This document shows positions 1-9,896 of a DNA stretch of 64,000 nucleotides, piece by piece (the stretch's first letter is position 1; each line of letters opens with the position of its first letter). The position numbers and the translations under genes were made by a program. Location of the stretch: positions 192,001 through 256,000 of the forward strand of contig CAWDXG010000003.1 in assembly GCA_963806225.1 (NCBI GenBank), in the 5' to 3' direction. A model generated the notes under the pieces. The model searched no databases. It had not been told where the DNA came from and saw only the letters and a program-made list of their open reading frames with translations. This DNA is from an uncultured delta proteobacterium (lineage in GTDB: Bacteria > Myxococcota_A > Polyangia > Polyangiales > Polyangiaceae).

Positions 1-142
1 GGCCGGACCGTCCAGCATGCCGCCAGAAGCAGCCGGATCGGCGGTGCCGCCGCGCTCTGCCAGGCGTCAGGGCTCCGAGCGCTAGCCCCCCCGTGGCGAC
101 TGGGGCTTTGCGTAGCGCCCCAGCACCAGTATCGAAGGGCCC

Positions 143-1609
143 ATGGCCCTACGACATCACGCTTGTTCCGCGTCCCTGCTGATCGCAGGGCTCGCCTCCA
201 GTCCGCTGGCGACGGCACAGCCGGCTCCGCCCGCTCCGCCGCCGGACACGACCGCGGACCAGCCCGCGCCATCGGTCGCGCCGACGGCGCCGGCCGAGAA
301 CGAACCGGTCGACAAGAACCTCCCCGAGGTAAGCGACGCCATGCTCGCGCCCGTACCGCCCCCGGCGCACGTGCTCCAGTCGTGGCAGCAGGCGCTCAAG
401 CTGGTGCGCGCGCAGGCGAGCACGCTCAACATCTCGCGCGCCCAGGTCGAGCAGGCCCAAGGCCAGGCGCGCCAGGCGCTGGGTCGGGCGCTGCCGACAC
501 TCACCGCCAACGCCAGCGTCACGCACCACCTCCTGACGGGAAAGGGGTTCTACTTCGGTACCAGCGGACCGGTCCAGGGAGACATCCCCAATCCGAGCAC
601 GCGTTGGGGAGCGGGCCTCGAGCTGCGCGTGCCCGTGCTCGCCCCGCAGAGCTGGTACGACACAGGGACGGCCCGACACTCGACGCGCGCTGCGCGCCTG
701 AGCGAGCAGGACACCGAGCGGCTGGTACTCGGCAGCGTCGCCGATGCCATCGTGACCGTGGTCACGTCGGAGCGCCTGGCCGAGGTCAGCCGCGTATCGC
801 TGCGCTCTGCGCTGTCGACGCTGGATTTGACCAAGCGCCGCTCGGCGCTCGGTGCTGCAACCGCGGTCGACGTGCTGCGCGCCGAGCAGGAAGTCGCCCT
901 GGCGCGCTCGCAGGTCGTGTCGGCCAACGAGAGTCTGCGGCGCGCGCGCGAGTCGCTCGGCCTCTCGCTGGGTTCCGCAGACCCGTACGGCGTGCGCCCC
1001 GACATCCAGCTCGATTCGCTGGCTCGCGACGCTCGCTCCACCTGCCGCATCGAACCCGATCTGGATCAACGCGCCGACATCCGGGCGGCGCGCGCCAAGA
1101 TGGATGTCGCACGGCGCAACGTCGACAGTGTCGACTGGCAGTACCTGCCGACGGTCGATTTCGTCTCCGACCTGAACTACGTCGACGTGGCCCGCTACAG
1201 CCCGAACGGCAGGCACGTCACCTGGACCATCGGCGGCGTGCTCAGCTGGCAGCTCTACGACGGCGGTGTGCGCTACGGCCAGCGCGAGCAGAACGAAGGT
1301 TCGCTCGGCATCGCCAGGGAGAACCTCGCGGAGGCGCGGCGCCAGGCCAAGGTGCAGGTCGCGCAGGCCCAGCGGGCGGTGCGCGTCGCCCAGGCCAACC
1401 TGGCGGTGAGCGCGCAATCCCGGGACCTGGCCAAGAAGAACGCGCGGCTCTCACGGCTGGCGTTCATCAACGGGACCGGGACCAGCTTCGATCTGGTCGA
1501 TGCCGCCAAGCGCCTGCGCGAGGCGGACCTCGACCTGGCCGTCAAGCAGTTCGAGGTCGTCCGCGCCCGGATCGCCGCCCTCCTGGCCCTGGCCAGCTGC
1601 AATGTCTGA
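143..1609 (+). CDS. TolC-family outer membrane efflux protein
   Basis: 488-aa ORF with a signal peptide, a Pro-rich linker and two OEP-like repeats (ALGRALPTLTANAS; YLPTVDF...LSWQLYDGG; GTGTSFDLVDA). Confidence 0.85.
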   Translation: MALRHHACSASLLIAGLASSPLATAQPAPPAPPPDTTADQPAPSVAPTAPAENEPVDKNLPEVSDAMLAPVPPPAHVLQSWQQALKLVRAQASTLNISRAQVEQAQGQARQALGRALPTLTANASVTHHLLTGKGFYFGTSGPVQGDIPNPSTRWGAGLELRVPVLAPQSWYDTGTARHSTRAARLSEQDTERLVLGSVADAIVTVVTSERLAEVSRVSLRSALSTLDLTKRRSALGAATAVDVLRAEQEVALARSQVVSANESLRRARESLGLSLGSADPYGVRPDIQLDSLARDARSTCRIEPDLDQRADIRAARAKMDVARRNVDSVDWQYLPTVDFVSDLNYVDVARYSPNGRHVTWTIGGVLSWQLYDGGVRYGQREQNEGSLGIARENLAEARRQAKVQVAQAQRAVRVAQANLAVSAQSRDLAKKNARLSRLAFINGTGTSFDLVDAAKRLREADLDLAVKQFEVVRARIAALLALASCNV

Positions 1610-1674
1610 GCATCCATGATCTCCGCGGGTTGCGGGCCGACGCGCACGCCGCTACGTTCCCGGCGGATCCAGCA

Positions 1675-2385
1675 ATGAAGCGCTCCAAGGTCGTCTTCCA
1701 CGCACTGCTCGCCGCAACGGCCGCGGTGTTCTTCTACCTCATCTACTACATCGTGATGGTCACGCCCCAGGCCCAGCTGGCCGCCGGGGGACTGGCCCAG
1801 AAGATCTTCTACTTCCACGTGCCGGCGGCCTACGCGATGTACCTGTCGGGCGTCGTGTGTTTCATCGCCAGCGCCGCGTACCTGGTGCGGGCGACCGACG
1901 GGCGCAACGCCTGGGCCAAGGCCGGCGCCGAGGTAGCAGTGGTGTTCGGCCTGATGGTGATGACCAGCGGGCCGCTCTGGGCCAAGAAGGCCTGGGGCGT
2001 GTACTGGACGTGGGATCCTCGACTGACCACGTCACTGCTCAGCGTGCTCATCTATGTCGCGGTGGTCGTGATGCGCGCGTTCTCCGGCGACGGCGACGCG
2101 GAGCGCAAGTTCGCCGCGGCGCTCGGCGTGCTCGGCACGGTAAACCTGCCGATCATCCACTACTCGGTGCGCAAGTGGGGCGGCAACCACCCCACGGTCA
2201 TCACCAAGGGAGGCGGCGGACTGGGCGACCCGCGCATGTACACCGCGCTGGGGCTCGGATTTCTGGCCATGACGCTCCTGGCCGCGCTGTTGCTCTGGAG
2301 TCGCGCTCGCCTGGCTCTGCTCGGCTCCCGCGTGTCCCGGCTCGAGGAGCGGGCTATCGCCACAGGGCTCACGGAGGACCTCTAG
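1675..2385 (+). CDS. ccmC: Heme exporter/cytochrome c biogenesis protein CcmC
   Basis: ATG at 1675, in frame with ORF 163..2385. Multi-TM protein with FYFHVPAA and the Trp-rich WAKKAWGVYWTWDPRLTT motif. Confidence 0.9.
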   Translation: MKRSKVVFHALLAATAAVFFYLIYYIVMVTPQAQLAAGGLAQKIFYFHVPAAYAMYLSGVVCFIASAAYLVRATDGRNAWAKAGAEVAVVFGLMVMTSGPLWAKKAWGVYWTWDPRLTTSLLSVLIYVAVVVMRAFSGDGDAERKFAAALGVLGTVNLPIIHYSVRKWGGNHPTVITKGGGGLGDPRMYTALGLGFLAMTLLAALLLWSRARLALLGSRVSRLEERAIATGLTEDL

Positions 2386-2387
2386 CC

Positions 2388-2699
2388 ATGCCCCACGCAA
2401 CGACTTCGGCACTCCACAACGTTCCCGGGCTCGGTCCCGGGGTGCTGGCCGCGCCGGTTGCCGCGCCGACCGGGACGGTCCAGGTCGAACGCTCGACGGA
2501 GTTCGTCCCGGTGCAGGGTGGCCATGACACCACCAGCGCGAACTCCCTGCTGGTCGCGGCCTACATCGTGATGTGGGCGCTGCTGCTCGCGTTCATCTTC
2601 CTGAGCTGGCGGCGGCAGCGCGCGCTCGAGTCGCGCGTGGGCGATCTGGAACGGGCGGTCGGCGACGCGGAAAAGCCTGTGGAGGATGCGGGCTCGTGA
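2388..2699 (+). CDS. ccmD: CcmD-like small membrane protein
   Basis: ATG 2 nt after the ccmC stop. Single TM (LLVAAYIVMWALLLAFIFL) followed by a basic/coiled tail (RRQRALESRV). Confidence 0.6.
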   Translation: MPHATTSALHNVPGLGPGVLAAPVAAPTGTVQVERSTEFVPVQGGHDTTSANSLLVAAYIVMWALLLAFIFLSWRRQRALESRVGDLERAVGDAEKPVEDAGS

Positions 2700-2821
2700 C
2701 GCCCGAGCACTTCATCTTCATTCCCGGGATCCTCTTGGTCGGCGTCGCGATCGGATACGCGCTCGGTACGCGCGCCGTACGCGCCGAGATGCAGAAAGCC
2801 AAAGAGCGCGCAAAGGAGTAG
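2696..2821 (+). CDS. Small single-TM membrane protein (41 aa)
   Basis: GTGA overlap with the upstream stop; sequence MTPEHFIFIPGILLVGVAIGYALG...; stop lies just before the next gene. Confidence 0.55.
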   Translation: MTPEHFIFIPGILLVGVAIGYALGTRAVRAEMQKAKERAKE

Positions 2822-2826
2822 AGGAA

Positions 2827-3966
2827 ATGCTGGATTTCGGCCTATCCGACGAGCAGAAGGCTCTCATCGACACCGCGCGGCGCTTCGCCAAGGAGCGCAT
2901 CATTCCCGTGGCCGCCGAGTGCGATCGTGAAGCTCGCTTCCCGCGCGAGGTCTTCGAAGCGGCCCACGAGATCGGCCTCATCAATCCCACCGTCCCGGCC
3001 GAATATGGCGGCGCCGGCATGGGCGAGCTGGAAAACGCGATGATCGCCGAGCAGCTCGCGTACGGCTGCACCGGCATCCAGACCAGCATGCTCGCGAATT
3101 CGCTGGCGCTGACCCCCATCAAGCTGGGCGGCAACGAGGAACAGAAGAAGAAGTACCTCGGCATGCTCACGGCTGAACCGGTCTTCGCCAGCTACTGCAC
3201 GACCGAGCCGGGTGGCGGCAGCGACGTAGCCAGCATGAAGACGCACTTCTCCCAGCACGGCGACGACTACGTGCTTACGGGAGAGAAGTCCTGGATCACG
3301 AATGCGACGCTGGCGAGCTTCTACGTCGTCTTCGCCACCTCGGACGCGGCGAAGAAGCACAAGGGCATCGCCGCCTTCATCGTCGACCGCGACAGCCCCG
3401 GCGTGAAGGTCGGCAAGCACGAGGACAAGCTCGGACAGCGCGCCAGCGACACGGCAGTCGTCCACTTCGAGGACGTGAAGGTCAAGAAGGAGAACCTGCT
3501 CGCCCCCGAGGGCCAGGGCTTCAAGCTGGCCATGGAGACCTTCAACCAGACGCGTCCCGACATCGGCGCCATGGCCACCGGTCTGATGCAGCGCTGCCTG
3601 GACGAGAGCCTGGCCTACGCCAAGGAGCGCGTCGCGTTCGGCGTGCCCATCATCGAGCACCAGCTGGTCGCCGCGATGATCGCCGAGATGGCTATCCGCA
3701 CCGAGGGCACGCGGCTTCTGTACCAGAAGGCAGCGTGGAACCTCGACAACGGCGTCCGCGACCCGATCGTGTCGAGCTTTGCCAAGGCCTACGGCGCCGA
3801 CAGCGCGATGCAGACGGCCGTCGACGCCGTGCAGGTCCTCGGCGGCAACGGCTACGTCAAGGAGTACCCCGTCGAGAAGCTGATGCGCGACGCCAAGGTG
3901 CTGCAGATCTACGAAGGCACCAGCCAGATCCAGCGCCTGGTCATCGCCCGCAGCCTCGCGCGCTAG
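2827..3966 (+). CDS. Acyl-CoA dehydrogenase
   Basis: GAGG RBS then ATG 2827. Motifs YCTTEPGGGSD, GEKSWITN, KLGQRASDT, QVLGGNGY...EKLMRDAKVLQIYEGTSQIQR. Confidence 0.95.
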   Translation: MLDFGLSDEQKALIDTARRFAKERIIPVAAECDREARFPREVFEAAHEIGLINPTVPAEYGGAGMGELENAMIAEQLAYGCTGIQTSMLANSLALTPIKLGGNEEQKKKYLGMLTAEPVFASYCTTEPGGGSDVASMKTHFSQHGDDYVLTGEKSWITNATLASFYVVFATSDAAKKHKGIAAFIVDRDSPGVKVGKHEDKLGQRASDTAVVHFEDVKVKKENLLAPEGQGFKLAMETFNQTRPDIGAMATGLMQRCLDESLAYAKERVAFGVPIIEHQLVAAMIAEMAIRTEGTRLLYQKAAWNLDNGVRDPIVSSFAKAYGADSAMQTAVDAVQVLGGNGYVKEYPVEKLMRDAKVLQIYEGTSQIQRLVIARSLAR

Positions 3967-3981
3967 CCGCGGAGACCCGCT

Positions 3982-5013
3982 TCACCGCTCGCCGACAAAG
4001 ACGCCGGCCTGGTTGGCCTGGGCGATCTCCGCGCGCAGCTTCTGCTCGCGGGCATCCAGACCCGAGCCGGACTCGCCGCGGCGGCGGCGGTTCTTCACCA
4101 TCGCTAGCTCCACGAGGTCGAGCTGCTTGCGCCGGCTCGGCCAGTAGCCCTGTGGGCTTTTCATCAGGGCAAAGACGTTCCACAACGGCAGGAACATCTT
4201 GTAGCTGGTCGTGCGCTGAAGCTCCCGCGGGTGGAGCAGCCGTCCCACTTCATCCACCAGGCCCCGCATCACGATGCTGCGGTCGCGAACGGCCAGTGCG
4301 TACAGCAGGACGAAGAACAGGATATCGAAGGTCCAGAACACCAGATACTTCATCACCAGCCCGACGCCGCCGTCCATCAGGAAAGTCACGAGCAGATTGT
4401 GCAGGAAGTGGAGCCCCGCCGCGCACATCCAGCCGCCTATGGGCGCGATGATCTTGATCAGCGGGTTCCGGGTCTCGTTGGCGATGCCCACGCCGAGCCC
4501 CGTCATCGCGGTGAACGAGGCGTGGCCGAGCCCTGCCATCACGGTGCGCATGATGAACACCATCGTGAAACCGGCCAACCCGCCCTTCGCCGTGGCTGCC
4601 CCGACGTACAGGATGTCCTCGGTCAACGTGAAACCGAGACCGATAACCCCGCCGTAGATGGCCCCGTCGAGCGCGCCGTCGATCTCCTTGAGCCACAGCG
4701 CCGAGAGCGTCCAGATGATCAGGAGCCCGAAGCCCTTCGCGCTCTCCTCCACCAGCGGCGCAATGAACGTCGCTGTGGAGTTGTTGACGATCGCGCTGTT
4801 CGAGGGCGAGCCCAGCGCCGCCGTGAGTGCGCCCATGCCGATCTCGTTGCCCACGATGGCAATCGTCGTCGCGCCGATCGCCCCCCAGAAGAACGCCATG
4901 GTCAGAAGCCACCACGGCTCGGGCTCGTAGCGATCCACTCCCTTGATGATCAGGAAGTAGATGAAGACCAGCGGGGAGATGAACAGGAGCCCCAGGAACC
5001 AACCGACGGCCAC
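3982..5013 (-). CDS. PrsW-family intramembrane metalloprotease
   Basis: Multi-TM protein with DRYEPEP, APLVEESAKG (EExxK), GLGFTLTE (FxxxE), GHASFT and HFLHN. Confidence 0.9.
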   Translation of the reverse strand: MAVGWFLGLLFISPLVFIYFLIIKGVDRYEPEPWWLLTMAFFWGAIGATTIAIVGNEIGMGALTAALGSPSNSAIVNNSTATFIAPLVEESAKGFGLLIIWTLSALWLKEIDGALDGAIYGGVIGLGFTLTEDILYVGAATAKGGLAGFTMVFIMRTVMAGLGHASFTAMTGLGVGIANETRNPLIKIIAPIGGWMCAAGLHFLHNLLVTFLMDGGVGLVMKYLVFWTFDILFFVLLYALAVRDRSIVMRGLVDEVGRLLHPRELQRTTSYKMFLPLWNVFALMKSPQGYWPSRRKQLDLVELAMVKNRRRRGESGSGLDAREQKLRAEIAQANQAGVFVGER

Positions 5014-5060
5014 CTCGCGACTCTACACCAGATCGCCACCCCGCAATCCGCAGCGTTGCT

Positions 5061-6122
5061 CTAGGGCCCAGGCGGCGGGATGGAGGCGTTGCCCGGCGCG
5101 ATGCCCAACGCGACGGCGGGATAGTCCTGGGTCGAGGCCGTACCCTCGATCTGGGTCAGATACAGCAGCGTGAAGCCGGAAAACGGCAGAACCGCAGGCG
5201 AGCGGGCATCGAGCGCGACCGGGAACACCGGCGCCGTAGCCCGCGTGAGCGGCCCGTCGACGCCGAAGCGCGCGGCCATCCCGATCCCGCGCTGCCCGTC
5301 GGCATTGCCGCCCGCATAGTACACGCGCGTGATGCGGCGCCCCTCGGCGCTGGTCGCGAGCAGCGCGTACGGATCACCGACCGATGCGCTGTCGAAGGGC
5401 GCGTCCGCATCGCTGCCACCCAGCGGCGCGAGCAGCGGCCCGCCCGCGGCGCGCTTCCACGTGATGCCGTCGCTCGAGTGCGCTTCGCCGATGCGGTCGT
5501 TGACCGCGTAGAAGAGCCGGAAGTCGTCATCCGCCACCTTCAAGAGGCCGGGCGCGCCCGGCGTCTTGCCGCCCTCCCACGCCGCGGCCGGATCGGGGCC
5601 GAGCACCGGACCGGGCTCGCGCGTGAAAGTCCTGCCGTCGTCCGAGCGCGCGAGCCCGATGCCACCCGCAGCCTCGTAGAGCATCCAGATCTTCCCGGCG
5701 ATGACGTGAACGTCGGGCTTGCCGACGAACGCGCCCTCCCAGGCTGCGCCCGGCACCAGCACCGGCGTCGCCGGATCGGGATTTTTGCCGAAGCTGCGCC
5801 CATCCGGCGAGACGAAGCGGTAGATGCCGGTGCCCGGCGCGAGATCGGCCACGACGTACAGCGCCACGCGCCCGAGCGAGCCCGTCTCGTCCAGATCCAC
5901 TGCCATGGACTCCCGGTAGTGGGCGTTCGGATCGTCGAGCACGTACGGGACCTTCCGGATCTTGTCCGGCAGCTCGTCGGCCGTCGCATCGCGGAACGGT
6001 CCGGCGTGCGCATTGGGGCGCACTGCGTTGTCGTCCCCGGCCGGAGCCGCCACGGTGCCGCAGCCGAACAGGAGAAGCGCTGCCGCGAGCAGCAACCCAC
6101 GCATGGAGCGAAAGCCGGTCAC
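5061..6122 (-). CDS. Lipoprotein with glycoside-hydrolase-like beta-propeller repeats
   Basis: Lipobox LLFGC. Repeated blade-like motifs IGLARSDDGRTF, IGEAHSSDGITWKR and IGMA. Confidence 0.55.
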   Translation of the reverse strand: MTGFRSMRGLLLAAALLLFGCGTVAAPAGDDNAVRPNAHAGPFRDATADELPDKIRKVPYVLDDPNAHYRESMAVDLDETGSLGRVALYVVADLAPGTGIYRFVSPDGRSFGKNPDPATPVLVPGAAWEGAFVGKPDVHVIAGKIWMLYEAAGGIGLARSDDGRTFTREPGPVLGPDPAAAWEGGKTPGAPGLLKVADDDFRLFYAVNDRIGEAHSSDGITWKRAAGGPLLAPLGGSDADAPFDSASVGDPYALLATSAEGRRITRVYYAGGNADGQRGIGMAARFGVDGPLTRATAPVFPVALDARSPAVLPFSGFTLLYLTQIEGTASTQDYPAVALGIAPGNASIPPPGP

Positions 6123-7465
6123 TTGAACCCCACTGACAGCGTAGCGCCGCCGGCCAGGATGGTTCCACGGGCGCGGTAGTCGCCGGTGAAGTCCGCCGGG
6201 CTGTCCTTCAAGGTCACCCTGGTCGGCAGGATCGACAGCTGTGCGTCCACATCGAAGCGCAGGTTGCCCGGCAGGACGGCTCCGGGATGATCGAGCACGA
6301 CGCCGGCACCGAGCGACACGATGTGCCGATCAGCGTCCGCGAAATTGGTCGCGCCGGTCTGGTCCGGCACCGGCGAGCGCTCGAAGGCATAGCCTGCACG
6401 CAGCGGCAGCTCGAGCTTCTCCAGAGGCTTCAAGCGGTACTCGACGCCGACCCTCGGCACGAAGCGGTCCGAAAAGCCCGGGGCGGTCCGGGCACTCGGC
6501 TTGGTGGCGGGCGGCAGCAGCGACTTGGGCAGCGGTACATCCAGCGAGGTCACCGAGTAGCTGACCGGGCTCTTGTAGGCCGACCACTGCACCCACACCA
6601 CGTCGAGATTCACGCGTAGCTGGTCGATCGGCTTTGTGCTGGTGCCGAGCACCACCTGCCGCGGGATGAACGCGTCCAGCGTCTGCGACTCGAGCGCGTA
6701 CTGCGCAGGCACGGTGATGAGGCCCGCATCCACCTTGCCCTTCAGCTTGGCGTCGATCGCCAGATTCAGCTCGGCCTGGCCGCGGTAGACGAGCGCCGCA
6801 CTGAAGCGGTCGCTCGGCAGGATCGTGATGCCGAACTCCGGATAGCGCACTGCCGTGAGATCCGCATCCACCTCGTGGCGCAGGCGGGAATCGTACTCCG
6901 AGCGCTTTCCCAGCGTGTCGGGTAGCACCGCCGTACCGCTGATATCGAACGACCCCTCCGTCGCCGCCAGGAACGTCATCCCCCCGCCCACCGCGAGCCA
7001 TTTGAAGGGTCTGATCGCCAGATTCGCCGTGAGATAGAGCAGCTGCGAGCGATTGTCGTACAGCACCCAGACCGGCACGGACGGATCGACCGTACGAGCC
7101 CGCGACAGGCGTTCATCCGAGACGTGCGTTGCGATGCCGAAGGCGAACGGGATCTTCGCCACGCTGCCCGGCGCAACGATACCGCCCATCAGGCCACGCA
7201 CGGGATCGATCTGGCTGTCGTGCCCGTTGAGCTGGAGATGGTGCGAGACGTACATGTACCCGAGCGACAGATCGGTTACGCTGGCCAGGGCCAGGCCCGA
7301 CGGGTTGTAGTAACCCGCGGAAAAATCGCGCACGTCAGCGCTGACCGCACCGCCGAGCGCGGTGGACCGCGAGCCCAGACCGAAGGTATCGGCGGGATTG
7401 GCGCGCACCGGGGCGGCCAGTGCCGCGCCCGCGAGCAGGACTGCCGCCGCCGCCGCGCGGCGCAT
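6119..7465 (-). CDS. FadL/OmpP1-like outer membrane transporter
   Basis: ATG 7465 in frame with ORF 6119..8107. Signal peptide, then NPADTFGLGSRSTALGGA...YYNPSGL, LPLRAGYAFERSPVP, and a beta-strand C-terminus. Confidence 0.75.
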   Translation of the reverse strand: MRRAAAAAVLLAGAALAAPVRANPADTFGLGSRSTALGGAVSADVRDFSAGYYNPSGLALASVTDLSLGYMYVSHHLQLNGHDSQIDPVRGLMGGIVAPGSVAKIPFAFGIATHVSDERLSRARTVDPSVPVWVLYDNRSQLLYLTANLAIRPFKWLAVGGGMTFLAATEGSFDISGTAVLPDTLGKRSEYDSRLRHEVDADLTAVRYPEFGITILPSDRFSAALVYRGQAELNLAIDAKLKGKVDAGLITVPAQYALESQTLDAFIPRQVVLGTSTKPIDQLRVNLDVVWVQWSAYKSPVSYSVTSLDVPLPKSLLPPATKPSARTAPGFSDRFVPRVGVEYRLKPLEKLELPLRAGYAFERSPVPDQTGATNFADADRHIVSLGAGVVLDHPGAVLPGNLRFDVDAQLSILPTRVTLKDSPADFTGDYRARGTILAGGATLSVGFK

Positions 7466-8763
7466 CAGAACTTCACCCCGGCAATCAGTCCGAAGTTCTG
7501 CACGGTGCCGCTGGTCTTCACTTCCGGATAGCCGGCGTTCGCCGGATCGACGCCGGCATCCTTGTGATGCGTGCGAGGCGCGAGCACGTGAAGCTGGTAG
7601 AAGAGGTCCACCGAGACGGGAGGCAGGGGATCCGACAGCTCGACGCCATAGCCGAGCGTGAGCACGTGCCGATCGTTGTCCCAGTAGTTCGACTCCGAGG
7701 TCTGTTCCGGGACCGGCGACATCTCGAAGAAATAGCCCCCGCGCACGTGCGACACGGCCGCCGGCGAGAGCTCGATCGCGTAGTCGGCGCCGAGGCGCGG
7801 CACGACGGTATCGTGGAAGTCCACCGGCGCCGGCTTCAGTGCCAGGCAGTCGGGACGCGACGCCGGGCATTCCACGGTCGCGCGCGCCCACCCGGGGAAG
7901 GCCGACCAGTGCTTCCAGGTCGCGCCCGCGGCCAGCGTCCACGGCCCGAGCTCGCGGGCGACCTCCAGCTGGAGCTGCATCGGGTCGTACTGGGCGACGC
8001 CCGCGATATGGAGCTCCGGCACGACCAGGAGCCCCAGGTCGTGCACCTGGACCGACACGTTGAAGTCGGCGTTGAGTTCGCCGCGCCAGGTGAGCCCCGC
8101 CTTCCACTTGTCGCGCTCGTAGGAAGCGCCGATCACGGGCGCGTAGGTCGCCACCAGTTGATCGTCCACAATCGTGCCGACGTGACCGGAAGCGTCCGTA
8201 CGTACGACCACGGTGCCGACCAGCTCGGCCAGCGCGCGGGCCCCGATGCCGGCCCGGATCCCGTGCCCCAGATCGGCGCCGAGCCCCATGTTGAAGTCGA
8301 GCGACTGGGCGCGGTCGGCGAGCAGCGGAAACTGCGGCCGCTCGGGGTAGAGCAGCCGCGCGCGCGCGATAAGGGTGCTCGGTGTGAACGCCCCCAGACC
8401 CAGCACCAGCCGATGCGAAAGGATGCCGCCGAAGGGCAACGGCAGCACGAAACCGATGTAGGTGCCGCTCAGCGGCTCTTCCGGCACGCTGCCGGGAGCG
8501 TTCTTCCCGGTAGCGCTGAGCGAGAAGCGCGCGGCCTGGATACCAAGCGACAGCTGGCGCTCGCGGGAACGGCTAAGCAGCGCGGGATTGGTGAAGGTGG
8601 TCCCGAAGCCGCGGCCGACCGCAGCGCCGCCCCCACCCATAGCCTGGCTGCGCGGCCCGAAGCCGAACAGATCGGCGGGCGACGCCTGCGCCGTCGCCGT
8701 CGCGCACGGCACCGCGAGAGCGATAGCCAGTGCCGCGAGGAGGTGGCGCACGGCGGGCAGCAT
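7465..8763 (-). CDS. FadL/OmpP1-like outer membrane transporter (tandem paralog)
   Basis: Signal peptide, SPADLFGFGPRSQAMGGG...TNPALL, VRGGYFFEMSPVP, terminal Phe. Stop overlaps the next start. Confidence 0.75.
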   Translation of the reverse strand: MLPAVRHLLAALAIALAVPCATATAQASPADLFGFGPRSQAMGGGGAAVGRGFGTTFTNPALLSRSRERQLSLGIQAARFSLSATGKNAPGSVPEEPLSGTYIGFVLPLPFGGILSHRLVLGLGAFTPSTLIARARLLYPERPQFPLLADRAQSLDFNMGLGADLGHGIRAGIGARALAELVGTVVVRTDASGHVGTIVDDQLVATYAPVIGASYERDKWKAGLTWRGELNADFNVSVQVHDLGLLVVPELHIAGVAQYDPMQLQLEVARELGPWTLAAGATWKHWSAFPGWARATVECPASRPDCLALKPAPVDFHDTVVPRLGADYAIELSPAAVSHVRGGYFFEMSPVPEQTSESNYWDNDRHVLTLGYGVELSDPLPPVSVDLFYQLHVLAPRTHHKDAGVDPANAGYPEVKTSGTVQNFGLIAGVKF

Positions 8764-8789
8764 AGCCGGGATCGCGCGCGGCGTGGGCG

Positions 8790-9222
8790 GTAATCCAGCG
8801 TCCGACGGCGCGAGGAGTCAAGAAGACGAGCCCCAGCGCGCGGCAACTCGACGCCATCACCGCCATCGACGGCCTCTGGCTCTTGCATCCGGTGCTGCTG
8901 GACGGCCACACGCCGATCAATCTCACGGCGCGCACGGTCCGCGCCGTCGGCGACAGCATCGAGACGATGTCCAGCGTCGCGCTCGGCGCCGGCAGCGTCG
9001 ACGTGACCACGACATATCGACTCGACGGCGACAAGCCACGGTTGCTCGTCACGACGCGCGTCGCGCACCACGACGGTGCGCCTCGACACCACCGTAGAGC
9101 TGGCGGTCCCACCGCGGAGCTTCATCGTGGTCCTGGCCAGCGGCCGGCGGGATCTGCCGAACGTCTACTCGCCCGGCGTCAAGCCCTTCGCCTTCACGAA
9201 CCCGACCTGGCTCGCACCATGA
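8790..9222 (+). pseudogene. Probable gene remnant (C-terminus resembles CehA/McbA-type metallohydrolases)
   Basis: Coding-like frame (IDGLWLLHPVLLDG...) with no good start. Near 9085 it switches to a frame ending PGVKPFAFTNPTWLAP* (TGA 9220-9222). Confidence 0.35.
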
Positions 9223-9293
9223 CGCCAGGAACCCCTGGCCCGGAGCGTGAAGCCCCGATTGCCCATCCCCCGACCCCGGGGTAGCTTCCGCCC

Positions 9294-9896
9294 GTGTTCG
9301 GAGTCTCGTTCACCGAGATCGCGGTCATCGCGCTCATCACCCTGATCTTCGTGGGGCCCCAGAAGCTGCCGAGCATGCTCTACACGCTGGGTCGCTGGAT
9401 CAGGAAGCTGCGCGAGCTGACGACCCAGGTGCGCGCGCAGACCGGCATCGACGAGATCCTGCGTCAGGAAGGCTTCGAGGGCGGTCTGGGCGAGCTGCGC
9501 AATATGCTGCGCGGCGACATCCAGGTGGGCCGCGGCGCGCGCCGCCGCCACTACGAGGACCCGTACGAGGAGGCCTACGAGCTCGACCAGAGCCGCGAGT
9601 ATCCGCCAGAAGGCGCCGACGTATCCGGCGCTGTCCCCGACGATCTGGTCGATGACGACGACGGGGACGACGAGCTCGACGACGTCGAGAACGGCCCCGT
9701 CCCCGCCCCCGAGCCGGAGCTCACCTCCCACCCCGCCCGTGAGCCCGATCCGCCCTGGAAGCGCGAGCCCGACGCGGCCGGCGCCGGGGACGCAGCCGCT
9801 CCCGGTGCTCCGGAAGCCGGCGGCGGCAGCACGAGCGAATCCGCCACGGACGCGCCGGAAAGTGCGAGCGCGCCGAAATCAGGGCCCCGCGCATGA
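9294..9896 (+). CDS. tatB: Twin-arginine translocase subunit TatB
   Basis: MFGVSFTEIAVIALITLIFVGPQKLP, an amphipathic helix and a long acidic tail. ATGA overlap with tatC. Confidence 0.9.
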   Translation: MFGVSFTEIAVIALITLIFVGPQKLPSMLYTLGRWIRKLRELTTQVRAQTGIDEILRQEGFEGGLGELRNMLRGDIQVGRGARRRHYEDPYEEAYELDQSREYPPEGADVSGAVPDDLVDDDDGDDELDDVENGPVPAPEPELTSHPAREPDPPWKREPDAAGAGDAAAPGAPEAGGGSTSESATDAPESASAPKSGPRA

